Below are positions 61,644 through 64,000 of a stretch of DNA of 64,000 nucleotides, in pieces. The stretch is from Nitrospirota bacterium. Lineage in GTDB: Bacteria; Nitrospirota; UBA9217. The notes below the pieces were generated by a model. It worked only from the letters and a program-made list of their open reading frames with translations, was not told the DNA's origin and made no database searches. A program made the position numbers and the translations under genes. Each line of letters begins with the position of its first letter. Within the stretch, counting starts at the first letter, position 1. Where the stretch lies: contig CAVUHW010000020.1 of NCBI GenBank assembly GCA_963741205.1, forward strand, positions 192,001 through 256,000. The letters run 5' to 3'.

Positions 61644-61829
61644 ATGGAAAATTACATCATTCGCATATACCGGCGGGATCCTGATGATCCGCTCAAGCCC
61701 GTCGGGATGGTTGAGGTCGTGGAGACCTCGGAAACGAGGACCTTTACGCATGCGAGTGAGCTTGTCGATATCATATGTTCCGCGGGTGATTCATCCGAAC
61801 CGGATTCTAGTAACAGAAGACACACATGA
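61644..61829 (+). CDS. Small hypothetical protein
   Basis: MENYIIRIYRR...GMVEVVE...F...EL, directly after the BTAD regulator. Confidence 0.6.
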   Translation: MENYIIRIYRRDPDDPLKPVGMVEVVETSETRTFTHASELVDIICSAGDSSEPDSSNRRHT

Positions 61830-62101
61830 TAATTCGCGGATTGAAAGTATCGGCAGTGGTTCTTTGGTCTTCATCACAAATTTTTTTTCACAATAAGTGT
61901 CGGGTATGTATGTGATTCACCTGAATTCCATCAGGATATTCAGAAGAAAGGGGACGGAGGCTGCTTCATCGAAGACAGATGGGGACCTCGTATATTGCAT
62001 GATGCGAAATCGTATTGATTAATTGGGGAGAGAATATCCTTGTTATTTTCCGAACGTGTTTCCATGAAGTAATTAAAAATACATTAAAGGGGGATAGTAT
62101 C

Positions 62102-63036
62102 ATGAAGAAAGCACTATCGATAGTATTGTTGTTGTCGGGTCTTTTTCTCTACGGCTGCGGCGCAGGCGGGAACAACAATGCGTCATCGGATGGCGGCAAT
62201 TCCACTTCGAATCCTGGAGGAGGGCCTCAACCTCAACTTGGTCCTGCTCAAGTCTTTACACTAAACCTTGTTGACGCTGACGCGTCAAGAGCAGCTCGTG
62301 CAACTACTTCTCGGCACACGTCGCAGCCAGCTGCCACAGTGTCAGGGTTGTGATCAGGCTATATTCTAATGTAACAACAACTCATCAAGAATGTCTGTAC
62401 ACTATGACGACGAAGGAAATCCGACGTCATTATTGCCGGTACATGTCATGATGTAGGAGTACACAAAACTACTGAGGTCTATAAGGATATTCAGGATGTG
62501 CCGTATTCTGCGTCCTCCGTTCAAGTAGTCAATTCCGGCAGCAGACGGTTATACCATTGATGTTATAACCAGCCAGCTAACAGGTACACTACTCATAACA
62601 TCTTAAAATATGGACAGGCGACAGATGTCAATGTTGGTGGTAACAACCCCACAAGTGGCGACTATCACCATAAGTAGCGTTGGTAGCAACTTAATATGTC
62701 GGTTACCGATAACGTTTTATCTTCAACTCCCACTCATCCAGTATCGTTTGATGTTACTGTCAATAATGGACTGCCATTTGCTCCTACCTATTCGATGATC
62801 ATGAGCTTCGGCAGCAATACATTCCACTGTGCCAGCAGCTCAACTAACACATGCACCATTAACGCACCGAAATCTACTGCTTCGGGAGGAGCAGTTGATT
62901 TGAAGGGACGTTTACCCTTGACAGATGCATTCTTGAAGCCGGGCGAATAGAGGGCGGATGGATACGTTCCTTCCCATACTTAGCTGGTGAAAGAGTATGG
63001 TATAATTTGAGCCCGCTCGTATCGGTAACTATGTAA
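62102..63036 (+). CDS. Ser/Thr-rich lipoprotein, heavily frameshifted (possibly a pseudogene; end approximate)
   Basis: MKKALSIVLLLSGLFLYGC lipobox with AAGGGG RBS; beta-rich fragments in later frames; low GC. Confidence 0.45.
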
Positions 63037-63139
63037 CTCCTTAATAGCTTCCCCAAGCTCAGCACCAGGAATTTTGCTGTCAATATATCCGCAATAAAGG
63101 CAGCCATGATCAACATTGGCTGCCTTTTTTTGTCGCAGC

Positions 63140-63350
63140 GTGAACCGGATTTTTAGCTGATTTGAGACTCACTATCTCGAACGGAGGAAAGTCCCAAGCG
63201 AAAGAAGCGACACAACCACACCACCGAGGAAAAGATGCTCATCCTCAAACATCATTTGGTCGAAGGAGTTCCCGTTTACAATTTGCGAAGAGTATCAGTT
63301 GCGGCCCATGGTTTTCTCTATCCGGCAGCAGCATCTTATTTCCAGGGCTG
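63140..63350 (+). mobile_element. IS3-family left end and OrfA remnant
   Basis: TGAACCGGATTTTT terminus, GGAGG RBS, then KKRHNHTTEEKMLILKHHLVEGVPV...CEEYQLRP (HTH transposase OrfA-like), truncated. Confidence 0.55.
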
Positions 63351-63379
63351 TTTATTGATTGATGCCAATTGAAAACAAA

Positions 63380-64000
63380 TCAGTGTTTGAACACCCGTTG
63401 GCCGGTGAATACCATGGTCACCTTGGGATTCGCTTCGTTGCAGGCCGTAATGGCTTCAAAATCCCGGTCCGACCCGCCGGGCTGTACAATCGCCGAGATC
63501 CCCTCCTTGATGCCCACATCCACGCCGTCCCGGAACGGGAAGAAGGCGTCCGAGACCATGGTGGAGCCGATGAGGCCGCCTTTGTCTTTCTTCGTCTGCT
63601 CGTCGATCTCCCTGAGCGCTCCCTTGTCCCTTTTCCCCTGGCTCGCTTCCAGCTCGAATGTCTTATAGGGGACGCCGTATTTTTTGAAGCAGAGCGCGTC
63701 GGCGTACTTCGTATAGGCCTTGAAGATCGCGATCTCGGCGACACCGACCCGGTCCTGCTCTCCCGTGCCGATGCCCACGGTCACGCCGTCCTTGACGTAG
63801 ATGACCGAATTCGACGTTATCCCCTGCTCCACGTTCCAGCCGAAGAGCATGTCGTCGTATTCGCGGTCCGTGGGTTTCCTTTCGATCTTGTATTCCCGCC
63901 CTTTGTACATTGTCTTTGCTTCCTGGAAATCTTCTTTGCTTCGTATCTTGTTCTTTTGTGACTGCTGAACGATGATTCCGCCGTCGATAAGGGCCTTGAA
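63380..64000 (-). CDS. purH: PurH-family AICAR transformylase / IMP cyclohydrolase, C-terminal part (runs off the window)
   Basis: SNSVIY, GIGTGEQDRV, SDAFFPFRDG, QPGGSDRD and FTGQRVFKH. Confidence 0.85.
   Translation of the reverse strand, partial: FKALIDGGIIVQQSQKNKIRSKEDFQEAKTMYKGREYKIERKPTDREYDDMLFGWNVEQGITSNSVIYVKDGVTVGIGTGEQDRVGVAEIAIFKAYTKYADALCFKKYGVPYKTFELEASQGKRDKGALREIDEQTKKDKGGLIGSTMVSDAFFPFRDGVDVGIKEGISAIVQPGGSDRDFEAITACNEANPKVTMVFTGQRVFKH

Noticed and set aside
1879-63036. Mass pseudogenisation or programmed frameshifting (about 16 broken genes)
   Set aside because: Breaks are isolated 1-nt indels in otherwise well-conserved genes, including era and nadA, with no consistent slippery sites. 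Long-read consensus error is the simpler explanation. Real decay cannot be excluded for tnpB, the transposases and the 62-kb lipoprotein.
1-64000. tRNA, rRNA, prophage or integrase genes
   Set aside because: None recognised in the window.

Overview
A GC-rich bacterial chromosomal segment. Gene content suggests Nitrospirota or a Desulfobacterota-like lineage (inference only: DUF507 pair, CydA-like oxidase module, W-AOR, sigma54 systems). About 16 genes, including the normally essential era, carry isolated 1-nt indels, most simply explained as long-read consensus errors, so genes were reconstructed across frames. In order: mgtE-type gene (partial), PhoU-like, patatin, LEA_2, DUF2784, a low-GC orphan PAS kinase, DUF507 x2 with a GAF-GGDEF cyclase, ECF sigma/ZAS anti-sigma/Spy-like, a PocR-GGDEF / ATPase-RsbW fusion / STAS / HD-GYP operon, YkgJ, Nudix, an Adh-AOR-MoaD-radical SAM module, a PDZ/Gly-repeat lipoprotein, bactofilin, a tnpB-only IS200/IS605 element, acetolactate synthase, DedA, era, nadA, rmuC, a di-heme-sensor cyclase, tatA, a sigma54-driven small-protein/USP/TauE operon divergent from Lon-kinase-NtrC genes, a second tatA, an electron-transfer operon, transposase remnants, a diverged second copy of the patatin 3' end, a MalT/BTAD regulator, a lipoprotein and purH (partial). 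Top candidates for new biology: (1) an operon joining two cupredoxin-like proteins and a Cyc2-type cytochrome-porin to a CydB-less bd-like oxidase, c-type cytochromes and a diheme/EbdC-like protein; (2) a Lon protease lacking its N-domain and carrying an intact receiver domain inside its AAA+ module, next to a kinase and a regulator with a near-twin receiver; (3) a c-di-GMP operon built around a P-loop ATPase-RsbW fusion; (4) locus-specific heptamer-periodic hairpin elements, one inserted in frame in a kinase gene. No database searches were run; family calls rest on motifs read from the translations.
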